The position numbers and the translations under genes were made by a program. The notes under the pieces were generated by a model that saw nothing but the letters and a program-made list of their open reading frames with translations, searched no databases and was not told the DNA's origin. From an uncultured virus (IMG/VR IMGVR_UViG_3300034684_000231) (Duplodnaviria; Heunggongvirae; Uroviricota; Caudoviricetes): DNA of 64,000 nucleotides. Positions 52,575 through 63,350 of this stretch are shown here, one piece after another; the stretch's first letter is position 1; each line of letters begins with the position of its first letter. The stretch lies in the IMG/VR virus record IMGVR_UViG_3300034684_000231. One strand, written 5' to 3'.

Positions 52575-54041
52575 TTATGCCAATGCGTATTCAAATTTAA
52601 CGCTGATGTTAATTACCTCGATTTCTGCAAATGCTCTGATTTGTGCTTTAACGTTAAGAGCATTGATTGCACCGCTTGCTACATCTGGTTCAACTGTTAC
52701 TGTACCGCCTGCAATTTTGCCAGCTTGTTTCATGCTGTTTGTAAAGTTTTGCATTGTTGATTGCATGCTCATTCTTACTGTTCCGCTGTTTGGTTTTCCT
52801 AAGAATTTATCAGCAATTTCTTTCAAGCCATTGATGTATTCGTTAATGACTAAGATGCTGGAAATTTTTGTTAATGGTGTTGCTCCGGCAGAAGCTGTTC
52901 TTCCAACTATAATCATTGGTTTCTTTTGATATCCTGGTTTGTTGTAGAGAGCTGTAATTCTTGCGCCTGCTAATTTGTTTGCTTGTTCTAAGGTAATTGA
53001 TTCTAACAATGTTACTCCATCAAGCGCAAAATTGATTGGCCCTGTGTAAATATTGGATTTGTGAATATATGCCGCTACAAAGGATGCCAAGTCAACAACA
53101 TCTGAAGATACATTGTTTACAGTTCCGTGTCCTGCAACAACAACCAATCTGTGGCCAAGATCATTTCCTGTGTCATCAAGAATTCCGTTTTTAAAATCGC
53201 CATTTTTCATTAAGTTTTCGAGGTTGTCAACCCATGTTTTAATTCCACTGAAGGTATAGCTTGCTGGTTCTTTTGTGCCTATGAATGCTAATACATTCTT
53301 AAATTGGTTACTTTGTTTTTCTGCAAATTTTGCAAGAACATTTGCAAAGTGAGTTGAAGTTCCTGCGTCGTCAAGTACCGCATCAATAGCATAAACATAA
53401 TCTACTTCTAAACCGAGCAATTCATTAAGAGCAGTTTCAAGAGCAGCTATTTTTTCATCGTCTGTTGTTGGTTCAACTGCATATTGGAACACAAAGTATG
53501 CATCTGCTGTTGAAGGTGTTCCACTTATTGTTAATCCATATGCACTTAAATCTGATACTTCTACATCGTTAACATAAACTTTTCCATCTAATTGTGATAC
53601 TTTTATTACAAAATTTTCTTTCCATGTTGGCTCACCAGTCCAAGAAATGGTTACGCCGTCTAAGGTTACACTGCCATCTGCTGTAGCTGGAGCTAATGAG
53701 GTTTTTGCTGAATCTACATCTGTACCTGCACCTGCTTTTATATCTACCTTACCTACTCTTACTACTACAGGAATAACATCCCATTCTGTAGTTTCTCCAA
53801 CTATTTTTGCGTGAAGTCCTAATTTTTCTGTGGTACCAAACATATCAGAAAGCATTGTGCTATTTACAATGAAGTATGGTTCGTTAAATTTGATAGGTGT
53901 TCCGTCTGCAAACTAATCGTTTGGATACCAACCAAGTAACAAGAACTTTGGTTTAGAATCATCATATACTGGTGTTTGAGTTTCAACAGAAATGCTTGAT
54001 ACTACTCCTGGAAGATTTGGATAAATCCTTAATTCTGCCAT
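52575..54041 (-). CDS. Contractile tail sheath protein, 488 aa
   Basis: SD AAGGAGG, ATG at 54041 (MAELRIYPNLPGV), one TAG at codon 43. The C-terminal sheath domain reads FLGKPNSGTVR...IRAFAEIEVINISV. Confidence 0.85.
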
Positions 54042-54064
54042 GTTAAACTACCTCCTTTATAAAA

Positions 54065-54652
54065 TTAAGAGATCATTTCTACATAGGTATCAATCTTACG
54101 TATTACATCTATAGATTTTGTGATTGTTTGCTCAGTCTGTACCTAGTACAACAGTGTTGTTTTATATAACTTTGTTCCGCCAATATCTTCTATCTCATCT
54201 TCTTTTTGCTCCCAAAAGACAGGAATCTGATATCCGTTTTTTGTAAAAACATTCGATGTTATGTTTAGCATACTCATATAACTGATAAAATCTTCTGTTG
54301 CCCTGGACACTAATGAGTAATCCGTTGAATATAAATCGAACTCAATCATGTTATCTAAGAAATATTTAAACTGTTGTTCCTATGCTATACCACCTGCACC
54401 TATACTTAAATTAACAGGAATGGGACGCATGAAAGTGCGTTCTTGAAATGGCATTTTCTGACTGCCCTACTATCGCCTCTGTAATTTGTAAATTAACAGC
54501 ACGTTGTTTGCCTATGGATTTGCCTCTTTTAATAAAGCAGGAGGTTTTACTGTGACTTCATAACCTAATTGCTTGGCCTCAACATACTAAGTAAATGCTT
54601 TGGATATAAGCCCCACGACGTCAAGATAAGATTGCAATTCAGTCTTTAACAT
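54065..54652 (-). CDS. Tail completion/terminator-like protein, 195 aa
   Basis: SD GGAGG, ATG at 54652, fragment 54143-54349 in frame (DNMIEFDLYSTD), directly upstream of the sheath. Confidence 0.6.
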
Positions 54653-55022
54653 ATTTTCTTACCTCCTATGTGTTGCAGTATAAAAGGTATCCAAGGAGTT
54701 TGCCTTCTACTATAGTTTCTACAATAGTGCCTATTTCATATTCGTCTGTAAATTCAAGAGAACCATCATCTTTTTTGCGGACAAGCTACACGTGTCCTTC
54801 TTTTATAGGCTCAATTCCGTATTTTGACTAGACAAATATAAGAAGTTTTAAGTTTTCGGTTACGAATGGCTTTTCTATATCCTTTGGTTGAGCAACAGAT
54901 TGATAGTTACTTGTTAAGACAGCAGGCTATTTTAATACATACTATTTCCCATCTTTCTATTCAACAAGAATAGGACGCTATGCCATATCAAGCATGTAAT
55001 CTATGAGAACTTCGTAATCCAT
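54639..55022 (-). CDS. Head-closure/neck-like protein, 127 aa
   Basis: TAATG overlap start, hand-translated with 7 TAG, TGA at 54639-54641. Function inferred from position only. Confidence 0.5.
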
Positions 55023-56170
55023 TAGATTTCACCACCGTATCCGAAAATTTCTTCCCATGCTTTAATCTACTGCAATGCTTTTGTGTTTGCTGGATACATT
55101 GCTCCTTCGGATTTGCTCTATGATATTGGAGAAAGTCCACCAAGATATTCCCTTATCAATTCGTCTTTTTGCACTTTTAAGAAGTCAATTTGGGATTGAT
55201 TTACTCTACCAAATGTTACGCTTGCTACGCCTGTATTTACTTGGTTTCCTGAAGAAAGCATTTTGCGATTCAAAAGCAACGTGAGAAGTTCATAATACTA
55301 GTATTTTTCAAGGAACAAACGAGTTTTTGAATCAATTATAGTTTTGCCTATAATTGTTTCTCCTATAATTTTTTCATATACAACCATCTATGATAGAGAG
55401 GCATAATAGATGTCTGCATCTGTGATTTCGTTATAATACTTGCCTAACTGCGAGCCGACATGTCTTACGTTAATATAAGGCTTTAATGTAGTAAGAGCAA
55501 TGAATTCAAACGTGTCTTTTCGCCCATTTTCAAATTCAATTTCACTTGTAGTGATATAAACAATCTAATTATTTACATATGTAGGCATTATGTAGTGAAG
55601 TTCATTTTGTACAAAAAACGCGCTTTCGCTTGTGTCTGTTACGTCGTGTGTGTATGTGGAAGCTTCTCCGTCTATTCTGTCTATTGTGACGTAAATTTTA
55701 AATGGCTTAGCTATTGCGCTTGAAAATGTCTATACAAATTCTGCTGTGTTTAAAAGCTTAGTATAAGTAACAGTCACAGGACTGTCATCTAAAACTACAA
55801 TTGGCTGTGGTGTTGTATCGCTTTGTGTAGGTGTATCGTTTGTTCCGTTGGATACTTCGCCTGTCACTGTAAACTCTAATCCGAAAGTGGATGCTTGATT
55901 GCCCGTTGTGCTTAAAAGATATTTGTTATTGAGCAAATCATAACCAGAAAGATACAAATAATAAGTTCCCTAAGATGGATTCTTAGGTGTAATAGTCAAG
56001 TCATAACCGCTTATTGAGTAATCATATTCAACAGATGCACCGTTCTTTTCTAGAATGAGCATCTATGGTGTAAACGTATTTGCGTCTATTTTCTCGTCGA
56101 ACGTAAGAACTATACTTTCATTGATGCCTATATTCTAACCGTTAGCCGGATATGTTGACACGACTTTCAA
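55022..56170 (-). CDS. Neck/adaptor-region protein with N-terminal Big_5-type Ig-like domain, 382 aa
   Basis: SD AAGGAG, TTG at 56170. MKVVSTYPANG*NIGINESIVLTFDEKIDANT. Hand-translated to TAA at 55022-55024. Confidence 0.7.
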
Positions 56171-56204
56171 GGAGACTCACTCCTTTCGTTTTGCAATCTA
56201 TCAT

Positions 56205-56215
56205 TGAATTAACAA
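56205..56215 (-). promoter_or_regulatory. Candidate late promoter motif TTGTTAATTCA
   Basis: After the capsid terminator and 35 nt upstream of TTG 56170. Confidence 0.5.
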
Positions 56216-56234
56216 CTAAATATGTGCTAACAAC

Positions 56235-56262
56235 AAAAAGCCGTGGCTAAATGCCACGGCCT
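56235..56262 (-). terminator. Intrinsic terminator after the major capsid gene
   Basis: GCCGTGGC-ATTTA-GCCACGGC followed by TTTTT. Confidence 0.85.
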
Positions 56263-56280
56263 TATTTTAGTTTCTTATTA

Positions 56281-57486
56281 TTATACAGTGATTGTGCTTA
56301 CTGCGAGAGGATCAAATGTTTCGACAACTTTGACATCTTTTATGACTCCGATTGCAGATCCGTCGAATTTTGGAGCCATACCGTATCTTTCTCTAATCTT
56401 GAAGCGTTTAATGTCTCTTGCAGGATCATTGAACTCTTCTGTTGTTGGCCTTTCTGCTGTGATTAAGTATCCGAGATTTTCGCTGTCTACAACTATAATG
56501 TCTGTTAATTTGTTGTTTTTGTCGTATCTTGCTGCTGGTGAAAGTATTAATCTGAGTGGTTTTCCAATTATACCAGTTGGAAGTTCAAAGCTTACAATAT
56601 TTCTTCCGTTGAGATCTGCTGTTTTACCCATTACTTCGTAAATTGATGGCTGTCCGCCTTTTGTTGTTGGCCAATTGAATAGTGATCCTTTTTCTCCCAT
56701 TGATCTGAAGAAGAAGCTTCTTAATGTTCCGTTCTTTGCAAAGATTGGATATGCAAGTGGGTGCATGATTATGGTGTCAACATTGAATCCTTTGTCCATG
56801 AATTGAACTGCAACATCTATAATGTCATCTAATGAAAGTCCTTGGTTTGGATTTCCGCTGATGTCAACACCAGAACCGCCGTTCTTGAGTGTCTTTGCGC
56901 TTTCGTAGAACATTTTGACAGCTTTTCTTTCTTTCCATCTTGCCAATGCTTTTAATGCTTCTTTTATTGCTGCATTGAAGATGTCAAATCTTGAATATTT
57001 GATTGCTTCCTCTGTCAATGATACAGCTATACCTGATTTTCCAATTGTGACTGTTGCAACAGCTCCTCCAGCGACTTTCAATTTTATTTCTGGGTATTCG
57101 CCAGCTTCTCCTACATCTAGGCTTTGTCCAAATGCACCAACGAATTGTGGAACGTGAATTGTCAATGATGGTCCTGGATCTACTTCGATTTCTTCAAGTA
57201 ATGATGTGATAACAAGTTGGTTTTCAAATACATCTGTTGCCATCTTTGTAATAACTTTTGGGAAAAAGTAACCGAATTCTGGTGATGTGATTAAGTCTTC
57301 CATAGAATATTTTTTGGAAGCTATTTTGTTGATTTTTCCGTGATTTTCTATAAGTCTTTTGTAGAGTTCAACTTTCTAATCTTCCTCTGCAACCTTCTTT
57401 AACTATTTAACTACATCAGAGTCTCCAACTATGATTTCTTGTATCTTCTCTTCTACTATTTCGTTGATGTAATCTTTGAATTCCAT
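56281..57486 (-). CDS. Major capsid protein (HK97 fold), 401 aa
   Basis: SD GGAGGG, ATG at 57486 (MEFKDYINEI), TAG at codons 28 and 37, in frame with ORF 56281-57303. Motifs VGEAGEYPE, IGKSGIAVSLTEEAI, IIMHP and KIRERYG. Confidence 0.9.
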
Positions 57487-57525
57487 GTTATATTCCCTCC
57501 TCATCTATTTAATCAATGATTTTTA

Positions 57526-58344
57526 TCAGAACCAGAGTTGGATTAACAAGCCTTTCTTGGTTGTAAGATCAATACCATCTGTTACACCATCGGTTGGTTT
57601 TCCAGGTAATCCACTTGCAAAGTCGTCTGGTAAGTATTCAACTGTTTCAAGTGCTCCTGTGAAATCTGGTTCTTTTACAAGATCAATAACTTTGACAAGT
57701 CTTCCTACACCGTATTTTAAGTTCTCTAATGAAGCGGCTACTGTTGATGCATCTGTGTTGTCAACTGTAAATGGTACAGGGAATCCTTTGTCATCAAGTA
57801 TCAAAATATCTCCTGCTTCATAATTGACTGCATTGTGATCGTTATCAACTGCTAAGAGAATCATTCTGTCAGCTAAAATAGTTATAGGATCTTGCACTTG
57901 ATACCAAGGATCTTTGCCCATATCCCATGCGTATACATCAAACATTGCAACACCAAGTGGTTTCCCTATCTTTATGTCTGCTGTTGCTGTTGTTCCAAGT
58001 TTCTTTGTTGAATCTCCTGCTGCTGAAACTACTGGGTCATTAGCGTTGTTTGTAAATCTGTCAATGTGTTTTACTCCCGCATCAATGTCGTATTGTCCAT
58101 ATGTAAGAGTTTTTTCTCCTACGAATGCTGGTACTACATAACCATATTTGTCAAGAGTTACAAAGTCGCCCTTTTTGATAACAATTCCTGCGTTTACGTT
58201 CTTGTCAAATTCTTTAATTGGCAAGTATGGTGCTGGTCTTAATTCAAGTCCACCGCCGATTCTAATACCATCAGAATATTCTCTCATCTTTTCATGCTTT
58301 GCTTCTGGATAAAGTGGTATGCTGTTGTTTAAAATCCTTGCCAT
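57526..58344 (-). CDS. Capsid decoration/cement-like structural protein, 272 aa
   Basis: Intact ORF with no TAG, SD GGAGG, TGA stop. Lies between the scaffold and the MCP. Confidence 0.65.
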   Translation of the reverse strand: MARILNNSIPLYPEAKHEKMREYSDGIRIGGGLELRPAPYLPIKEFDKNVNAGIVIKKGDFVTLDKYGYVVPAFVGEKTLTYGQYDIDAGVKHIDRFTNNANDPVVSAAGDSTKKLGTTATADIKIGKPLGVAMFDVYAWDMGKDPWYQVQDPITILADRMILLAVDNDHNAVNYEAGDILILDDKGFPVPFTVDNTDASTVAASLENLKYGVGRLVKVIDLVKEPDFTGALETVEYLPDDFASGLPGKPTDGVTDGIDLTTKKGLLIQLWF

Positions 58345-58379
58345 GGTAAAATACCTCCTTTAATTTCGTGTGATTTATC

Positions 58380-59696
58380 TTATTTTTTAAAACCGAGAAC
58401 TTGATCAATTAAATCTAATGTGCTGTCAACTAAGTTTGTAGTTATAGGATTCATTTCTTTTTGTAAATTAACTTCATCTTTGTGTTCGAATTCAACATTT
58501 TCGTCATTTGCTTCTTCTTCGATTTTTTCTTCCTTTTCTTCGTCTTCTTTTACCTCTTCTTTTAGTTCTTCTTCAACTGCTGGTTCTTCTGTTTTGTCTT
58601 CTCCTTCTTCTTTGCATTCTTCGCATTCTGCATCCTCTTTTTCAATTAACAATGAATCAACTAATGCTTTATACTCTTTTTCAAGCGTCTTTAATGTGTC
58701 AATTGAATAGTCTTTGATTCCTTCTTTAATTTTTTCTACTGCTTCTGCATCTTCAATACCAAGAATAATTGCTTTTAATCCTGCTACTCTGTCAATTAAG
58801 TCTTCTTTTAAAACGCCTAAAAGTTTATCGTGTGCTTCTTTTAACGCATCGTATTCTGCAACTTTCTTGTTATATGCATCTTCAAGTTCTTTGTACTTGC
58901 TTTCAAGTTCAGTATATGCGTCTTGTAATTTCTTGAGTTCTTCCATATCAGAGCCCTCCTTATCTGAATTAACATTAACATCACTATCGGTCATTGTTGA
59001 ATTAACATCTTTATCTTGTCCGAATGGTTCGTTTTTGATTTCTTTGAGAGCTTCGTCTAAAGAAGTGACTTCTAACCTTGCTATTCCTGCATATGAATCT
59101 GCTGGTGTGTTTACAAAACTAATTTCTCTGTATTGAATTCCCAGTGGAACGTCGTATGCAATTACTCCGTCATATTCATGTCCTGTTTCATGAGGACAGA
59201 AGTCAATTTCCTCGTCTGGTTCATCGAAAATCCCAGGTTTTGGTTTGCCACATATGTTACATACAAGCGCGTCTGCAAAAAAGCCAACACTGACTGTTGT
59301 GTAATTACCGGCCATGACTTTCTTTATAGCTTCTTCATCTGTCACGTATGCTTTGAGAAGAATGCCTCCAGAGGCTTCAGCGGGCAGTTGAATCTTTTTG
59401 CCTGTTAAGGCTTTCACTTTTGCGTCCCATTCCTGTCTGTCAATGTAGTAGGCTTCAACTACTCTACCAATTGCATCAGTGTAATTGTCATGATGTCTAA
59501 GCACAGGTTTTTGGAAAGGATGTGTCCAAGTGGCAACAGCTTTTTTTATTTCTTCTTTCTTGTAAATTCTCATGTTAATAGGCATATCGCTATGTGTGGC
59601 AACAATCCAAAGCTTTAACTAAGATGGTGTTTCCTAATCTTTAAATGTTTTGTCTACTTGAAGCTGAGTGTAAACAAAATATTCCTTTTGCTGCAT
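58380..59696 (-). CDS. Prohead protease fused to an acidic coiled-coil scaffold, 438 aa
   Basis: SD AGGAGG, ATG at 59696, TAG at codons 21 and 26. Motifs PVLRHHD...AIGRV, YTTVSVGF, CNICG...CPH and REISFVNTPAD. E/K-rich C-terminus. Confidence 0.85.
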
Positions 59697-59739
59697 TGTT
59701 ATACCCTCCTTTACTTTCGCTCGATCTACATTTGTTAAA

Positions 59740-61194
59740 TTAACTATTTTTAGTGTGTTGATTTTGAGGATTTACTTTATTTTCTGTTTCTGCTGAATTC
59801 TCCGGTTCGGTATTTATTAAACCTGGCTTTGCTTCCGCTTGCCATTCTACCTGTGGCTTTTTAACGTGGTAAATGTACATGTCTTCTTCATCCACTTCTG
59901 TGTGCATACCTAATTGTTCTCTCATTTCAGAGAATGTGATCGCACTATGTTCATACAAGTAAACAGCTTGGTTTTGTAGTTTAACTAATGTGTCTACATC
60001 AGGATCGTTAAATATAAGTTTCGGCATTTTATCGCCAAGAGTCTTAGGATTGTATCCCATATCAATAACTATATGTTCCAACACTTCATGTTGGAATTGC
60101 TATGCAAACAATTTTTGAAATTCTTTTGCTTTAAGGAGAGCAAAGTTAACGGAGGTTTCAGCAGTAGCACGGTTGGCCTAACCTGCTTCGCCCATCATAA
60201 CGGAAGAAAGACCAAGAGCACCGTAAACTCTGTGCCTAATCTTGTCGTAGAAAACTAGAATATCTTGGAGAACATTGTTAGCGCGCGTTTCTATATCATG
60301 GTTGTGAGGAGCAACTATTGTGTCATATGGCTCCATGCCTTCTAACATTTTCTTTGTTTGAATCAATTCATCTTTGGAACGTGCCGGCATTTTATCGTTT
60401 CCAACTTTATAAATAGAATACATTACTTTACCTTTCTCAATAATGTGTTCAATTATACGTTCAATCTTTCTGAGAATTAACAAATCATCTATTGCTTCAA
60501 AATAGAATGGTCTTCCAAAACCTGTAAGTATATCTTCGTCGTATTTAAAGTGCGCAACTTCATATCTATAAAACTTGCGTGAAGTGGTTGTTCCGAAAAT
60601 ATCGCCGATAAAAAAATTGAGTTCGGGATCATGCGCAAAAAAGCTGTATTGTCTTTGTAATAGCGATAAATCTTGTTTGTAAGCAACAGTTTCTCCAAAT
60701 GTATTCCTTTGAATAGCCATTATTATTGGATGTGTTACAAAGATACCAGAAATTGGATCTAAGTTCTTGCCGTTGTATACGTATGATTTTCCAGAAACAG
60801 CATTTTTGCTTCGAGAGAAAACTAACATTGCATTACCAAATGCAATAAAATGTTTCATAGCATTGCGTACAATTTCGTACATAGTAAGATTGGAGTTGAA
60901 TTCTATTTCACTTAGCCTTTTCTTTAACTTCTTATTAATTTCTGTATCTGAAGACATAATGTAAAAGCCGTTGTTAATACAAAGCTCTGTATACATCTAA
61001 ACGGTTTGCTTCAGAATACTATCAGCTCGATAAATTCTGTAAGCATCAATAAGACCAGTATTTGCTTCATATTGTCCTTCGGGTGTTTTTGTTCCCTACT
61101 ATACCTGTTTCTTTTCTTTTATTAGATTTGATTTGCTCGCTGCATCCTACATAATTGGCTCTTCTTTCTTCTTAAACCAGTCAAAGAAGCCCAT
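59740..61194 (-). CDS. Portal protein, 484 aa
   Basis: SD GGAGG, MGFFDWFKKK. Fragments 60178-60996 and 59740-60084 are in frame. Motifs FGNAMLV, VAHFKY...GFGRP, ANRATAE and AITFSEMREQLG. Confidence 0.85.
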
Positions 61195-61196
61195 AT

Positions 61197-63338
61197 TTAT
61201 TCCTCCTTGCTAAATAGTTTTTCTAATATATCAAACATTGCGCTTAATGGCTCACGTAAGAATTCCGGAAGACTGTTAAGCTATTCTTTTTCATCTTTAT
61301 TCAAAGTCATTGAAAGACTAGACGTATTTATTATACATTTTTTGTATTTTTCTATTACGTTTGTATTTACTATGTATTTGTAGAATACATCAAGCAATTT
61401 CTTAATTCCATCTATGTATCCTTTTAAGTTTAAACGCGGTTTTTGTAAATCCAATTCAAACATAAGTTCTTCAAACATCTTATCTATTTTATCCATTTGA
61501 GAAAACATAGACATAAACAATGGTTTGATGAGTTCTTTAACTATCTATGCAACAATGTATGTCCAGATGGTAGGATCTAAAAACATTGCACCTTGCATTG
61601 TCATTGTATATAATGTACCGCAAGTTTGTTTTAGCTTTTTCTGTTTAATAACTGGAGTTTCTACTGCGTATTTAAGTAAGTAATATACATAATAATCGGC
61701 TGTTGATGGTTCTAAAGATGGGTTCTCTCCGTATGTATTCTTGATATAATTTGCCAATGCTTGTCTATATTTTTCACCTAAATAAGCAATTTGCTGCATT
61801 AACAATCCCATGAATATAACTGTTGAATCGTGTAGTAATAAAGAAGCTAAGTGTTTGTTTTTGCCTTGTAGAATTTTTGGTCCGTATTTTGTTATTGCTT
61901 TAGTCATTGCCGAGAGATCAGAATTTAGTGCGCCCTAAAACAATTCTTTTATTAAAAGGAATGATTCACCAACTCCGGTCGAATCCATGAGCAATTCGTT
62001 TGCTATTTTTGTAATTAACTTATCTACATCAGGCATTTTTCCAGTTTCCACCATTTCTTGCTTAGCAGATATTAGAGTTTCCTATACAGCAGCAGCGGAT
62101 TCTGCAATCTTTTTAAATGGTCTTGGTAATTTTGGTTTGTTCTTTAATAGCGCAGATACAAAGCTTTTGTATGGCTACACAAAAGGAGAAGTAGTATTTT
62201 CAATATTCAGTTCTTTGCTTGCAAATCTTTCAAATAGCGAACTTAATATTTGAGATTCATCGATGAATTTGTTGACATCAAACAACGACATTAATGCCTC
62301 TTTAGAATATGTATCTCCGTAAAAAGCTGTGAATATATACATGAATTTGTGCAAATCTTTTATGTATTCTTTTAAGTATTCATTAGCTTCTAATCCTTCG
62401 TTTATATTGTCTGCGATAGTATCAACTCCGTGGAGTATTAAACCTAAAATTGATACCATAATATAGGCAAATAACATTTGAACTAATCCTTCAAGCACAG
62501 CACTCATTGGATCTGGGTTCTTTGTAATATTCCTAAAGAAATCCCCGGTTGCGTTCCATAAAACGTACATATTAGCATATGTGGCTTCTAAAACATCTAA
62601 TGTCGTGACTGTATCATCAAGAAATTTATAAATTGACTCTTTGTTGTCCTTTAACATTTTAATCAGAGGAAGATTGTTATATTGACTTGTCCACGTATTG
62701 ATTGTAGTTTCTACATAATCTTCAAATCGTTTATAACTTTCTTCGTTGGAATAATTATTAAAGATTTGAGAATAGTAATTCTTGTATGCAGTAATGTAAA
62801 AGCCCCAAAAAGAAATATATTTAATTAAACAACAAGACGGATTTGAGAATATTACATCTAACAACGCATCAGCGGTTTTGTCTAAATTGTTAGCTAACCT
62901 TTTCAGGCCTTCTTGTACCGCATTTTGTGCATCTGTTTTTAATTTGTTTACTACTGAATTTTCATTATCTGCAGATGTTGTTGATTTTTGTTGTGCTTCC
63001 GGACTAATAATTTCATATTTAGATATAGTATCTGTAAGTTCATTCACTAATACAACTTTGTCTTCGGTGTAATGAACTGCATATGCAAGATCTATAACAG
63101 AGCTTAAAGTGTTTTTGTGCTCTGACTCTAAAGACAACATCTAGTTATTTGCGCTGTTGATAATGTATCCTACAGCATTTAATACCTCTGGATATGCATA
63201 CTACACGTGAGGATCCATTATATCTGAAAATGCACTATATTTTGCAAACATGGATTGTCCACTGTTAATATAGAAAACTTTCTATTTGCCTTGCTTTTTA
63301 GCGATTTCTAAACATTGTTTAATGTCTCTTGAGGCCAT
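61197..63338 (-). CDS. Hypothetical helical protein, 713 aa
   Basis: SD GGCGGTGA, ATG at 63338. Fragments 62175-63140, 61545-61907 and 61281-61520 join via TAG. TAA at 61197-61199 abuts the portal SD. Confidence 0.7.
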
Positions 63339-63350
63339 TTAATCACCGCC

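Noticed and set aside
54639..54670. TAG still acting as a stop at some gene ends (here TAGGAGG; also 18621-18629 and near 40829)
   Set aside because: Each is followed within a few codons by an in-frame TAA/TGA, and the same genes contain upstream internal TAGs. They may be relic stops, but this cannot be shown from sequence.
251..63072. Most plus-strand ORFs in the supplied track outside 17.5-22.6 kb (e.g. 8358-8834, 56243-56641, 58714-59136)
   Set aside because: They are antisense shadows of well-supported minus-strand genes, with no SD or recognisable motifs.
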